64,000 bases of DNA from Hyphochytrium catenoides (lineage: Eukaryota; Protista; Hyphochytriomycota). Location: positions 1 to 64,000 of the forward strand of contig FLMG01000137.1 of assembly GCA_900088475.1 (NCBI GenBank), given 5' to 3'. Below the pieces are notes generated by a model. The model did no database searches. It worked only from the letters and a program-made list of their open reading frames with translations, and had not been told where the DNA came from. A program made the position numbers and the translations under genes. Numbering within the stretch: the first letter of the stretch is position 1; each line of letters begins with the position of its first letter. Shown here piece by piece: positions 1 to 11,758 of this stretch.

Positions 1-2747
1 CATTGTACCATACGTCAGCGCCAGCTGATAAATGAGCTTCAGGCATTTTAGCTGGAGCTGCTTTGGCAGGTTCTCTGCCCATATGTCTTTGTTTGGTGCT
101 TCGTCCGTATCCTTGGCTGTACCTTGAATGTACGGGAGTGGGAGTGTGGATAGGAAGGTTTCGTTGATCAGTTGAATAACTTGATACTGCAAGGCCAAGC
201 GTGAAGACGAGGAGCCATCACTGGCACGGGATAGAAGAGTCGCGCAGACGCTCTGACATCGGACCAAGGCCGCCACTGCCAAGCTGGCAGAGGACACGGA
301 AGCCGGGACCTCTAGGAGGTTTGCCAAAGTCGGTGCTTTCAACTCTGCTGAGTCCCCAGCATAGCTGTCTGGAGCTTTTAGAGGGAGCAGCGAGAAGTCA
401 GGAAAGGGTGCAAACTCGGTCTCAAGGTCCATGGCTAAAATTGGCTGCGCGCGCGGAGGATGAAGGGATGTCCTTACTCTTTGTATCATGCCAACAACGG
501 TATCCACTTCCTTTTTCACGCTGAGAAGGCGGGCAAGGTCAGCCCTCCCCTTCTCCTCCTCTTTTACGGCTACGAGTGCGTTCCGTTCACAGGCGAGCTC
601 TATGAGCTTCAAATCCTGATCGCCTAGCAGAGAGCGCAGATGATGTAAATCATCCTTCCAAGGGTATCTGGACCCTTCTTTATCAGAGAGGACCAGCTCC
701 CGTCCTTTCACTGTGAGTACCTCGCTATCTCCATTGAAAAGAATCAGAGAGGGCACGCTCTTTACTCCAAAATGCTCCATCAACTTCTTTCGGACCTCTA
801 CCTCCGAAAAAGGGATAGAAAGCCAGGACGGCATTGAGCTGACATAGGAAGAGTACTCTGCCACACTCTTGTCTAGTGAGACAAAAATGAGCTCAAAAGG
901 TTTGTCCTCCGCATTCAATGTCTCGTAGAAAGAAGCCAATGATGGGAGAAACTGATTGCAAGGCTTACACCAAGAAGCTCCAAAGTAAAGACCCACTACT
1001 TTGCCTCTCAGCTCCTGTAGCGACACACTTCGCTGAACTTTATCTATAAGGGATACCCCCGCAAGCAGTTGTACGGCCTAGAAGAAAGCGCGAGGTCAAT
1101 GGGTGTATGGGAGTCAAAGGGAGAAGAGTACTACATATGTTTGGACAAGCAGAAGGGGGATAGGAGCAATGGCCACAAGGGACGTCAGAGCAAGGCTACA
1201 AGGGTGCCCACAAAATGAAACCAGAAGGATTTAGATGCATGCAACCGTTAAAGATGGCCATTACGACGACCAAGGGATGCCAAGATGAGAGCAGATTGAT
1301 AGATGAGCTGCGATAGGATCACAGAATGGGAGTACGACTCGAAGATGAATTATCGCCTACCTGCTGTGCTTCACTCCTAAGGGCCTTCTGCGGCTCAACA
1401 AGCACCATCAGATCCTCCTTAGCTTTCCGCAGCATCTCTCTCCGTAAATAGAACGTGAACTGCTTCAGCTGTGGGGGAGAAACCCCTCTTCTTCTACAAG
1501 CATAGCGAAAGATCTCTAGCACAGATCGAAATGCGCTAACATTTGAACGTGAAGGTGTGCGCCAGTCCGCGGCTGGGTCCTGTCCTGCTTCCACAAGTGC
1601 TTGAGGAAGAAGTTTATCAACTAGCCAAGGTATCAGGACATCATAGAGCACTTCCACTCTGTGGTACTCTGAAGGCGGATCCTTTTTCCAAAGAGAAAAG
1701 AGAGATGCCCAAAAGGGCACATCCTGCATTCTTGCAGACGGAATACCCGGAAATCTTAGGCAGGTTTGATACTTGATCTTCGGTGGCTGTGCCATAGCAT
1801 AAAGGGAGAAGCAGATTCCATGAACATCTCATCCAGGATCGCGTAGCAGTTGTTTTGAGAAAGTAAAAGGACCAGAGCGTGAGCAACAGAGCGCCTTGAG
1901 TGAAAACAAAGAGTAAACAAAGGCAGCAGACAGCCATGAGTATGACGGAAAGAAAACTACGGAATCTCAGTCTCTCTTACATCTTCTGGTGTAGACGGAT
2001 GGTACTCTAACCCCTGTCCGGCATTAGCGATGACAAAGTCATACTTGTCCGGTGCTGTTCTCTCTAAGAGATACATCACCCAGCTAGCAGAAGCCTTTCC
2101 CACCCAGCCTCCCGGAACAAGGAGCATCTGCCCCTGAGGCAGAGCGCTGACGCTTTCAACCCAGTCGGATATAAACTCCTTGAAGCCCTTCGCATCCTTG
2201 ATTTCGGCTGTGCAAAGCTCAACACAAGGCTTGAGGGAGAGAGGGTGTCAGCTAGGTAAAAAGGGCCAAGAAGACGGAGAGGGGCTAACTTGCATAAGTG
2301 CCTGAAACAGTTAGGGGTCGGAGAGGGTCAAGAAGATAAGGTGGCGGAAGGCCATGGACGGCGGAGATCACTTAGAAAGTTGCGGTATGATGGTCGAGAG
2401 AAAGAGCAGTGGAGGTTGAAACAATCAGAGTTTCGGCTAGATGAAGTCCCCTGTCAACCCACAAGTAGGACACTCATAGGCGGAGTTTGGAGAGACTGAG
2501 ACCATCAACCCTCCCAGCACACCTGCAGAAGCTCCGCCAAGCTCTTCAGCTGATCAAATTGTGCGCTGCCCAACAAATGGAGGTCTCTCTGGAGCTCTGG
2601 GTTGTCAAGCAGGCGCTTTATCAGCACCTGCATGAAAGCTAAGCTGTTCCCAACATGCCCCGCCTCCAAACTCGTTGATTGGATGAACGGGTCGGCAAAT
2701 AGTCCCACGAAGGGGTCAAGCTGCCAAACAGGCTTAGGGAACTCCAT
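1..2747 (-). CDS. Large multi-exon protein (3'-partial): N-terminal peptidase-like domain followed by a nucleoredoxin/tryparedoxin-type thioredoxin domain
   Basis: Four exons join in phase 0 with GT-AG sites: 2747-2523 (MEFPKPVW...), 2229-1981 (LLVPGGW...NAGQGLEYHP), 1786-1361 and 1077-<1. The last exon is open to the window edge, so the ORF track missed it. It reads LRGKVVGLYFGASWCKPC...FELIFVSLD...MPSWLSIPF...FGVKSVPSLILF...YPW, the nucleoredoxin signature with a WCxPC active site. Confidence 0.85.
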
Positions 2748-4158
2748 CGCCCTGATCGGGTGCCCCTGGAAGGGAGACCCTGGTCAATGCCTGTCCGGCT
2801 TGTCCCTTTAAAGAGGCCCTTTCCCTCAGTTCTAGACTGCAAGCAACCAATTCTACAATATGTTAACTCGGTGGAGCCTCGCAATGGCTGGGGCCCGGGC
2901 GGTAGACCCGAGTTCAAATCGCTCACCCACAGAAGGATGCGTCTACTGTCCAACAAGACAAAAAGTTGGAGCGGTAAGTCGAAGAGGCCGTGGTGACGAG
3001 GTAGACCGGGACTATCTCCTTGGCATAGAAACGATAGTAAATAGTAGATAAGAGCCGCTGTGCGGGATACTTGAGTCTCGAACCACGCCCTGAAGCTTAT
3101 CAAGGCTCTGAAGAGTCTCTGCAGACGGCGAGTTGAGGTCTGATCCGTTGTCAAGCGAGTGCAAGGTGAGGTTCCAGCGCCGAGTGAGCGCGTTGACGGG
3201 ATGCTGTTGCTGCTGCTGCGTGATGATGGTTCCAGAGATCCATCACACTTTCGTGAGAGACAGAGTGCGAATCTTTCGTATGGAAAGAAACAAACATCCT
3301 GAGTTTTGAAGCTTTCGAGTTAATTGCGACAATATACTAAGGGAGAGCACTGCCGTCAAAGCGAAACATTGGAACTATTGGAAATAAATGTGTCCACAAA
3401 AATCCTAACTTCCATCCTTCCTTCTGCTTCTTTGCTGTTTACCTAATCCTAAACCGCAACGTCCGCAGCCCATGAACGGTGTGGTAGGGACACTGTTTCT
3501 AAAGATAAGCCGCCAAAGATTTTTCTTGTTGTCGTCTTCAACTTGTGATCTGCAACTGATCTGCAGATAGAGTTTCAGTCTTCAGAATAGAGTCTCTCAA
3601 GCTTCGCAAGATCCCCTCAATCCTAAAAGGTGTGATCTATGTTGTGACTTACTAGAGGAGGCGATAGGGCGAACGAAAGAGAAGTACTTTGAGCTGTTGG
3701 ATAGATGCGCTGCGTCGGCTGCTGCCCTAGTGGGACTTGGTTCACGCCCGTGCTTTGTGTCTTGTACGCTGATTTCCCATCCATCGACCTACTCTAAGAT
3801 ACCGGTAGTGCTTGCGCTTGACGGAGGAACAGAAAATTCCATATAGCCGCAGGTTCCACTTTCGTCACTCATCTGACTCGGATACTTTGCAGCAAAAACA
3901 TATAGGTTCTCAGCTCTTTTCAATGGCCAGCTGCTGCTATCTGAAGTGAATCGGCTCGGCACTCATGGCTGAATGCTGTTTAGATCAACTGGAAAAGAAC
4001 TAGGTTGCTTTGCTATTGTGGACGGAACCATCAGTAATGTCGTCAATATAGTAAGACTATTGCTTTCGTGCGTACAAAGAGGCGAAGAAAGTCAAGGAAC
4101 CGTGCACTGGTACAACCTCATGTCTCCAAGATGTTTCGTTGACAAAAGGGCAAAGTTT

Positions 4159-4206
4159 CAAGATGCCTAGAGCATACATAACCAAGATGCCTAGAGCATA
4201 CATAAC
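4159..4206. repeat. Perfect 24-bp tandem duplication
   Basis: CAAGATGCCTAGAGCATACATAAC x2, read directly. Confidence 0.95.
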
Positions 4207-5103
4207 CACCACCTTGGAGGTGAGGTTTTAGACCCCTATGCCAACAAACCTTTTCACTCCTACCTCGAATTTCTCACCAGCTGCTTAAGAACTTTGCCTC
4301 CCAAGAGACGGACGCAAAGACCTTCAAACATAGACGCTGCAAAGGTTATGAAAGGCTTGACCCACTCTGAGAATCAAGGGATGGTGGGCATTTTAAATCT
4401 TACGCGTTTTGGTGAGATCCCAAAAGATAAGATCGCTTAGAGGCAACGGAAAGGGTCGCTGACGAGACGATACGTTGCACGTACAATAAAAGCACCGACT
4501 AGAAGGTGCGTCCATGTAAATGCCTCCAGCTCGAATCACGTACTTGCAACATAAAACAACGTGAAGACTGCTCCTCGTCCCCTGCCACTCAGCCAAGACC
4601 CTTTTCTGTCTTTAGGGTTAGGAATGGCGATATCCAGTCATAGCTCAATCAGTGCTCAGGAAGTTGAACTGATCGCGAGGTACTTCGACAGGATGGGAGA
4701 GCGATCCCTTAGAAACCTTCCCCCTGGACTTCCTACCTTCCCAATTCCCCTTTCCTACCTTGGCTTCCTATAACACCTCTCTTGACTTCGGTAGCTTCCT
4801 AATACCTTTGGTGCTCCTAAAGAAGGCCCTACCTTATCCTTCTCTGCCTGATGAGGGCTGCCGGAACTCGTGAGTACTTCTTTCTTCGAAGCTACCCGTC
4901 TCTTTGAAAGTACAAAGGTTCCTACTCATGATTGAACTAACAGAGACTTACTCTGAAGAGGTAACGGACAGTCCACTGCCTTTGGAAGACACCTCGAGGC
5001 CCCACACCAGCAGATGACTATAAAGATTGCTTTTACCACTCTTATATTACGGAAACAGCACCACGGACTCGTACCACTGTGCGCATGGTCTTTAGCCTGG
5101 CAT

Positions 5104-6501
5104 CTACCTACTCCTGATTTGATACTTGGGCAGCATGGCACGTCTCTCTTCCTAGTAGAAGTTAGGAAAAGGGCCGTTTTAGATTGATTTGACAACGATG
5201 GTGCCCAGAATTAACAATGCTTACCATTGAAATTGTTTCGTCATTGTAGACGAGCGCTAACTCCTTCTGAGAAGAAGGAGCAGGCGGTGGCGCAGCGCTT
5301 TCCCTACCAGTGGGGGGTGCTATGGAGGAGAGTCCATGCGGATTGAGGGGACAAAAGAGAACGATCAGTCTCGCCTCCAGCGAGCTGGGAAACGTCAATG
5401 TTTACTTGCGCTTTTAGTACCTGGTGTGAGTGTGTTAGTGCCAGCTGGCGGCCTCACTGGTGGGCCCGGTGGCCCTGGAGGGCCAGGAGGTCCTGGGGGA
5501 CCTGGAGGCGGAGCGTTGGGAGCTGGGTTTGGTAGAGGGACATGGACATGTTGTGGTGGGCCTTGAGCCCAAGGGTGATGAGGTGGAGGTCCTGGAGGGT
5601 ACCTTTGACATCAAGACAAATTTGGGGAGAAAGAGATAAGAATAAAGGTTAACGAAAGATAAGTCCACTCCCAGATATTATCTCAGTACTGGTTCGTACA
5701 TACCCATGATACGATGGCGGTCGAGGACCTCCATAGGGGGATGGTTGTGGAGGACGTGGGGGACCATAGCCTCCGGGTTGAGGAGGAGGTTGTTGACCGT
5801 AGGGTGGGTAGCCTCCATAGGGTCCCGAGGGTGGAGGAGGACGAGCATATGATGGTGGAGGAGTGTAGCCGTATGGCGATGGGACTGGGGGAGGAGCATA
5901 CGGAGCATAATGGCCACCCTGAGCGGGTGAAGGTGGCCTAGGAGCCGGTGGACCTCTACCAGGCCCCTGAAACTGGCCATAAGAACTTTGCGGTGCCTGC
6001 TCCACTTTCTGCCTCTTGCTGGCGTCATCTAAAATAGTGAAGAAACGATGGGCCAACACAGAACAGGTCAGTGCGATCGTAAAATTTTTAGAGTGTAGAA
6101 TTGGTAAGCCAACCTCCACGTCTAAAGCCTTCCGGTACGCCAACCATTCCGTATACCATCACATCGAGCGAGGCTCTGTCAGCCTTCGCATTTGGTACCC
6201 TGGTGGATAGTCAGAAATGGGAGCGCAGTCAGAGACGCTTGGTCCTAAAAAACTGCGCAGGCAGCTACTCATCGATCGAACTGAGAGGGAAAAGAACCTA
6301 CTCTGTGATGGTCTCCTTATGGACCTGCTGCAGATGGATAGACAATCCATCAGCAGACGAAAGTCGCTTCCCACAGGCATGACACTTGAAATGCTGAGCC
6401 TTTTGGTGTTGGATGAGCACTTTTTCGTCATCAAAGAGTCGGTCGCAGTAATAGCAGAAGATCTCTGGCTTCTCTTCAATCTTCTTCTTCTTCTTCCCCA
6501 T
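5104..6501 (-). CDS. ZNF207: ZNF207/BuGZ/SUF4-like C2H2 zinc-finger protein (multi-exon)
   Basis: [41 protein letters not shown]...HLQQVHKE; next exon [22 protein letters not shown]; Pro/Gly-rich middle; C-terminal [10 protein letters not shown]|[10 protein letters not shown]; stop TAG at 5106-5104. Confidence 0.92.
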
Positions 6502-7089
6502 TTTCCCCAGCTCCACAGGACAGCAGAAGGATCTCCTGAAGTCTTCCCGTGCAGCTAGCTGTCTGCCAAGATCAGAGCCTGGATTGAACTGAAGATCTGA
6601 TGACACAAAGACCGGCAGACAGCGGCGTCTGTGTCAGTCTTTCGCGCTTGTACTTCTTCAAGGCATGCTGATGCTCACCACCACCGCACACTCTATCTCC
6701 TCTTTACTTTTCAGGCCCAGTGAGGCCTCTTAATTAGGGGCGTCCCAGACGGCTATCTCAGCTTAAATTCGTACTTTCTTCTAATCTGGCGCTTGGCTCT
6801 TCCGTTCAATAGATCTGTTTCAACTGCAGTAGGAGCTAAATAAGGCCTTACTCTGTCTCGATCCGTCTACTTTTATTCTTCCCATATTCTACAACTTCAA
6901 AAAACAACTGAAGCGAATAGGGTCACCCACGTTACCATATCTTCGGAAAAGGCCGAATCTAGCATCAAACTTCACTAGAGTTCCGGAAATAATGGTGCCC
7001 GTTCGAAGGCTGTGAGTATCAGGAGCCAAGGCACCATCTGGTGGCGTTTGAGTTTCAGCGTGGCGTTTCTTGGATGAAGTCTCTGATCA

Positions 7090-7920
7090 GAGTCTGCAGT
7101 CCTGCAAGAAGACTGTGATCCAAGGAGGAAGGGATCTGCGGTCTGCGGCACTCATGGCGCACTGCGCAAACTACTTTGTAAGACTGGTGGCTGTGGAAAA
7201 CCTCTCTGTGGGGGGAGGCCTTTTCGTCGGCCATGGGCCGAAGACTAATAAACTGTGCTCAATCGACATTGCCCGAACGCTTCGGTGAAGAACTGGGTCT
7301 GCGTGTTCCATGGCGCATAAATCAAAGGGTGTTCGGTTGATGATTGTACAAAGTTCGCACACTCTTGAACCGCAGTTTGTAGAGGCCACGGCGCACCTAA
7401 GAAGCTCTATACGCTCCTTTGGCTGTACCAACGGTGCGGTCTCAGGTGGCCTTTGTAGAGGTCCTGGTGGAGAGCTTAAGCTATGCACGGTTGAAGGTTG
7501 TACAAAATACTCGCAGGCTAAAGGGTTATTTACTAAGCACGACGCTCTGATGAAGCCTAGTGTTTGTAGCAGGCTGCGACGACAGAGCAGTCAGACAGGG
7601 TCGGCGTATCCCATGCAGCGATCACACTACGGTGCTCAGTGGAAGGCTGTCAAAATGGTGTGGTGGGTAGAGGAGTATGTATCAACCATGGTGCACCAGC
7701 AAAAATGTGCACTGCCCGCTAGTGGCAAAGCAGTATGGTGTTTGCGATCAGCATGCTTTCTCCAGGCAAGACTGTGCGGTCGAGGGATGTAACCATTGGC
7801 GTCAAGGAAAGAACGTTAATGGCAAAGAAGTATGGGCTAGCGCATGGTGCCAGCAGGAAGAAAGAGAGTGAGATTTGTAACTGTACCACTCAAAGTTTTG
7901 CGTCATGGTAAATGCGAGCT
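7090..7920 (+). pseudogene. Decayed tandem WRKY19-like (CxxxGCxK...GxCxxHG) zinc-finger repeat gene
   Basis: Fragments in alternating frames: VCGTHGA, CKTGGCGK, VCVFHGA*, CSVDDCTK, VCRGHGA, GCTNGAVSGGLCRG, CTVEGCTKYSQAKGL, CSVEGCQNGVVGRGVCINHGA, CAVEGCNH; many frameshifts and stops. Confidence 0.75.
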
Positions 7921-8122
7921 CGTGTATTAGAGAAAGGAATATATATTTCTTGCTAAGTAGTCAGAGAGGACCAAGACACGATAGAAGATCGCTCCTTCCT
8001 CGGTAGGGGTTGCTTGCAACTGTCATAATGGAGCCTTGGAAGCAGATGAGATGGCTGCTTCAGCGTACGACGATGTGATAGCTCAAGCGTCTTCTTGATT
8101 AAGGACCTTATCGTGGCCGTTG

Positions 8123-8383
8123 TTATGACGCACGGAGCTGGCGGGCTTTGGCATTGGCGTTACCTCCTAGTGCCGCACCCACAGCTCCCACGATATTCCC
8201 TGCTTGGTTAACTTTGGCATTATTGCCAGCTTGGAGGCCCGCGGCTACCGCAGCCAGGACATTCGCAGCTACGTTCTTGCCATTGGCTTGCTTTGCCGCA
8301 CCAGCACCCGACGCCACGGGGGTATGAGAGGTCAGTGCGACCAGAAGCGCCAGGAAGCCGACCAGCGGTGAAGCAATCTTCAT
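8123..8383 (-). CDS. Small secreted Ala/Gly/Asn-rich protein (86 aa)
   Basis: Intronless ATG-TAA ORF; signal-peptide-like N-terminus MKIASPLVGFLALLVALTSHTPVASG; internal two-fold repeat; no Cys. Confidence 0.7.
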   Translation of the reverse strand: MKIASPLVGFLALLVALTSHTPVASGAGAAKQANGKNVAANVLAAVAAGLQAGNNAKVNQAGNIVGAVGAALGGNANAKARQLRAS

Positions 8384-10349
8384 GATTTATCTTTGAGGAT
8401 AGGGTGTCGCCTCGTCGCGGCAGTATGCCCTAACCTAGTAGAGTCGTCGTGATCTCGATGAGTGGCCTGTGGAGTCGTTAAGCGGAAGTGCTCAATCGCT
8501 TGGAAGTTTGTGAGTGTGACGGCTGTTTGCAACCTTTGTCGCTCTTACAAGGGGCTAGAATCTCTGCTGCTGCTGCGAGGAGAGAATGGTGACGGTCATG
8601 CTTCCCTCATTATGCTTGGAGACCACGTAACCGAAAAGGAGGAGGGAAAATGATGGGTAGGACGCTGCGAAGACCGCAAAGACTAAAGGCAGATGTCAAT
8701 CTTAGGTGGTCAATAACGGAGAGCTTGCCAGTCAAACCATATTCTGCCAACCCTTCCCTATCTTGGCACTGCGAAAGTGAGTGCTAACAGGGAGTGGGTG
8801 AGAGCCGTAAGTAGTGGAGACTGCAGAGGCAAGCTGCAGCTTGGTATCAAGAAGCAAAAGGTAACCTGGTCATGATAGTGGGCGTTCGGATCAAGCCTTG
8901 CTTTGGCAGCAACTCTCAAGGACTGGTTATGTTGACGGTTGGGCTCATGCGAGATGAGAGTAAGACGACTGGCGGACAGAAGAAACGTGAGAGCGCTAAA
9001 CTGAATCTGAGGAACTACGATGACTGGAGGAAAGTTTCCTGGGTGTGGCCGCAGTCGTGGCCATAAATCCCTCGATGACCGGTCTCGGGACTATCGTGAG
9101 CTTGATGTCCACTGTGAACTGCACTAGAATTGCGACCAATCAGACCTCAATCTAACCTTTTTTACGTCTACTCTAAGGTCAGCGATCTTATAGAAGATGA
9201 TGACTCGTACCTTTATTGAACAGAGGAAGAAAGATTGTCGGTGACTGCAAAGAAGGAGCGACAAGGGGAGGCTAAAGATGACTGGCAGCGGAGCTCCAAC
9301 GCAGAGACAAACAGACAGTGAGGAAGGCTACTACCAACATTCCCTTTCCCTTCCAATCTTGGTTGTAAGTTGTCGGCTTTGACGCTTCCCATCATCTTAC
9401 TCCGACTCGTTTATTATTGAAGTTGGATAGATGACTGTCCTGGTTTCGAGGCATCGCCTTCATCTTTTACTATCCTTGTCCAGTACGGCACGTGGGGGAA
9501 GAGCGGGTTCACATAACAGTAACGTAGAGATCGTGGTAAGGCAATCTGTGGTGTTACGACACCTTTTTGCTTCTTAGAGGAGGTACATACATGCCTAATA
9601 AGAAGGCTGCATCAAGCACCCAGCTACGGACGAACAAAGGGTGGCACCAAGGCTATACCAGGAGGGACTTGAGTTGTTAGGAAAGCAGCAGCGTGTGAAG
9701 TGCCTGCCCAATACAGCGTACGGAGGAGGGGAGGAAGAGGAGTAAGACAGCAGCAAGAACGATTGATGCCGCCACAAGTGGTATCTGACAGCTACTGCTA
9801 CTAATGCTCCACCACGTGAAAGACGTGAGGTGACTCCTCATTGGTTAACCCTAGATGTTGCTGATGCAGGAGGCAGCTTTGACGTCGTGCAGGAGGGTGA
9901 CTTGTCTTCTCTTCCTGGGCTATTCCTGGAGACTACTATCGCAATGATGAGCGCAACAGGTTTGTTGCAGCATCTGGCATGCGGCATCTCTTGGGGACCA
10001 TCTCTGCTACGGCTGAGCGTGGCGGCTCTGGTGAAAAATCCGCTCTCCCGTTCATCTAGTTAGTGTCAAGCGTAAGCCCCAGATCCGTTCGATACTTAGT
10101 AAGTTTAGCCAGCCAGCAGATCTATCATTAGTAACCGTACAAACTCGTTGGTTAGAATTAAATCTCTAGTTCTCTTGTACTTGTACTTGTACTTGTGTTC
10201 TGTTCACTTGTTATGACCTCCCAACTTTCCTTGTCGCGCTCTCATCACTTTCTGGTGTGGGCTTCGACCTGTTCCTCCTCCTTCGCTGGCTGATGGCTGA
10301 TGGTTAGGCGCGGCGCTTTGCCGCATGACTGCTGTTCCTTGTTCTTTCG

Positions 10350-11215
10350 AACGTCAACGACAAGTTCTCCTCATGTCCTCAGGAAGGCCAGCAGCGACAG
10401 AGTTCATCAAGGTAGGAGGAGTACAACCTGCCGCACGGGATAAGCCCTTTTTGGGGGTTCTTTATGGTTGCTGAGAGCTCAGGAAGTACACCGGGGAAGA
10501 TCTTCGTAGGAGCTCTGTCATTGATTAGTGAATCTGAAAGCATTTATTCTCCGTACACACGTGAGTTGCTGTGTCACCACAAGTTGACTGTGGACTTAGA
10601 CTGCTGCCATGGAATGACATACACCGTTATTTGGGCGGCGATCGCTCTGCGCCCTCGGTACACGGCCCTACGCTCCAACTAGCGCACGATAACTCACTTC
10701 CTATTCTTCTAGCTCTCGATATGCTCAAGTGGCATAGATGCGACTGGGAAGGAATTGGCACTTCTACGCCACCATTGTCTTGAGAAGGGCTAGGCGCCGT
10801 CAATGAGCTGAAGAGCTCTCCACCTATGACATACTTTTCTCCTCTTGAGGCTTGTTCCATAGCACATTGTACCACGTTTCCCCTTTGCCTCATGTCGCCG
10901 CTTATCGTTCGGAGCGAGAATAAGCTCTCTTGCAGCAGCAGCATGGGCAAGGTTGGAGAAAGCAGGAAGCAGTAGATATTTGGACTTTCCTCCACATAGT
11001 TGACTCATAGTGATAAAAATCAGGGAAACTGGTACACGATCTGCTGTTCGTGCCATAAGCGCTTCTACTCTCTAACTAAATCTCTCGGTAGTTCCGCCGC
11101 TAATGCATCCTTCCCTATTGCAAAGCGGACATGCCGTTGTAGGTCATACAACGCAAGCGAATGTTCGTCTTGGACTTCGGGAGGCGGGTTGACTGAAAGC
11201 TCATACTTCTTCATG
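10350..11215 (-). mobile_element. Possible heavily decayed Mutator (MULE) transposase C-terminal relic
   Basis: Minus-strand fragments in MULE order with stops and indels: W..FP*F..NYVEES; LERRA-CT.G plus VCHSMAAV (SWIM-like); CRC..GH-RRTC (zinc-knuckle-like, 10360-10400). Confidence 0.35.
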
Positions 11216-11758
11216 GTAGGCCAAGGTTAACGGACCGGGGACCACAAAAGCATCTGCTAGAGGTATTTTATTAGCCTTCCACATCGTGAAGTGAGCAGTA
11301 ATGAAGAGAGAACGGTCGCCGCATCTACAAATCCCATGCAGGATGCCCTGTTGGGACATTAGGATGTCAAGCTCTTTCTTGAAACCTTTTCACATAGTGA
11401 TCTCTCTTATAATCTCTCAGAGAATTTTCATGATCTCGAGCCTCAACTTTCAAGAGACAGACAGACAAGCACTGGGATCAGTCTGCCTGGAAGTACAGTC
11501 AGGAACGCGCGGGTATAGGATATGTATGTTGTGACAATGAGAGCAAAGTAACGAAGATCAATCGTGTTGACTGGCTGTAGCCTGTGTTTAGAGAACTACC
11601 CATAAGCTGATCACGAAGTATTAACAGAATCTGGCGTGGATGCTAGCATAGCAGTGCTGTTGGTCCTCCGCGGGCACTCCAGCCATTCAAAAAAGGGGCC
11701 AAGAAGGCAATCATGCAAATTCACTATCTGCTCGTTGAACAGGAAGGGGAGGCACACT

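Noticed and set aside
2639-3154. 171-aa ORF as an upstream exon of the nucleoredoxin-containing gene
   Set aside because: It has a non-ATG start and no motif; the ATG at 2747 in another frame gives a clean in-phase first exon.
3600-3966. Stop-codon reassignment (TAG read-through)
   Set aside because: Long conserved exons contain no in-frame stops, and intact genes terminate at TAG (XDH, ZNF207, MAPK), TAA and TGA.
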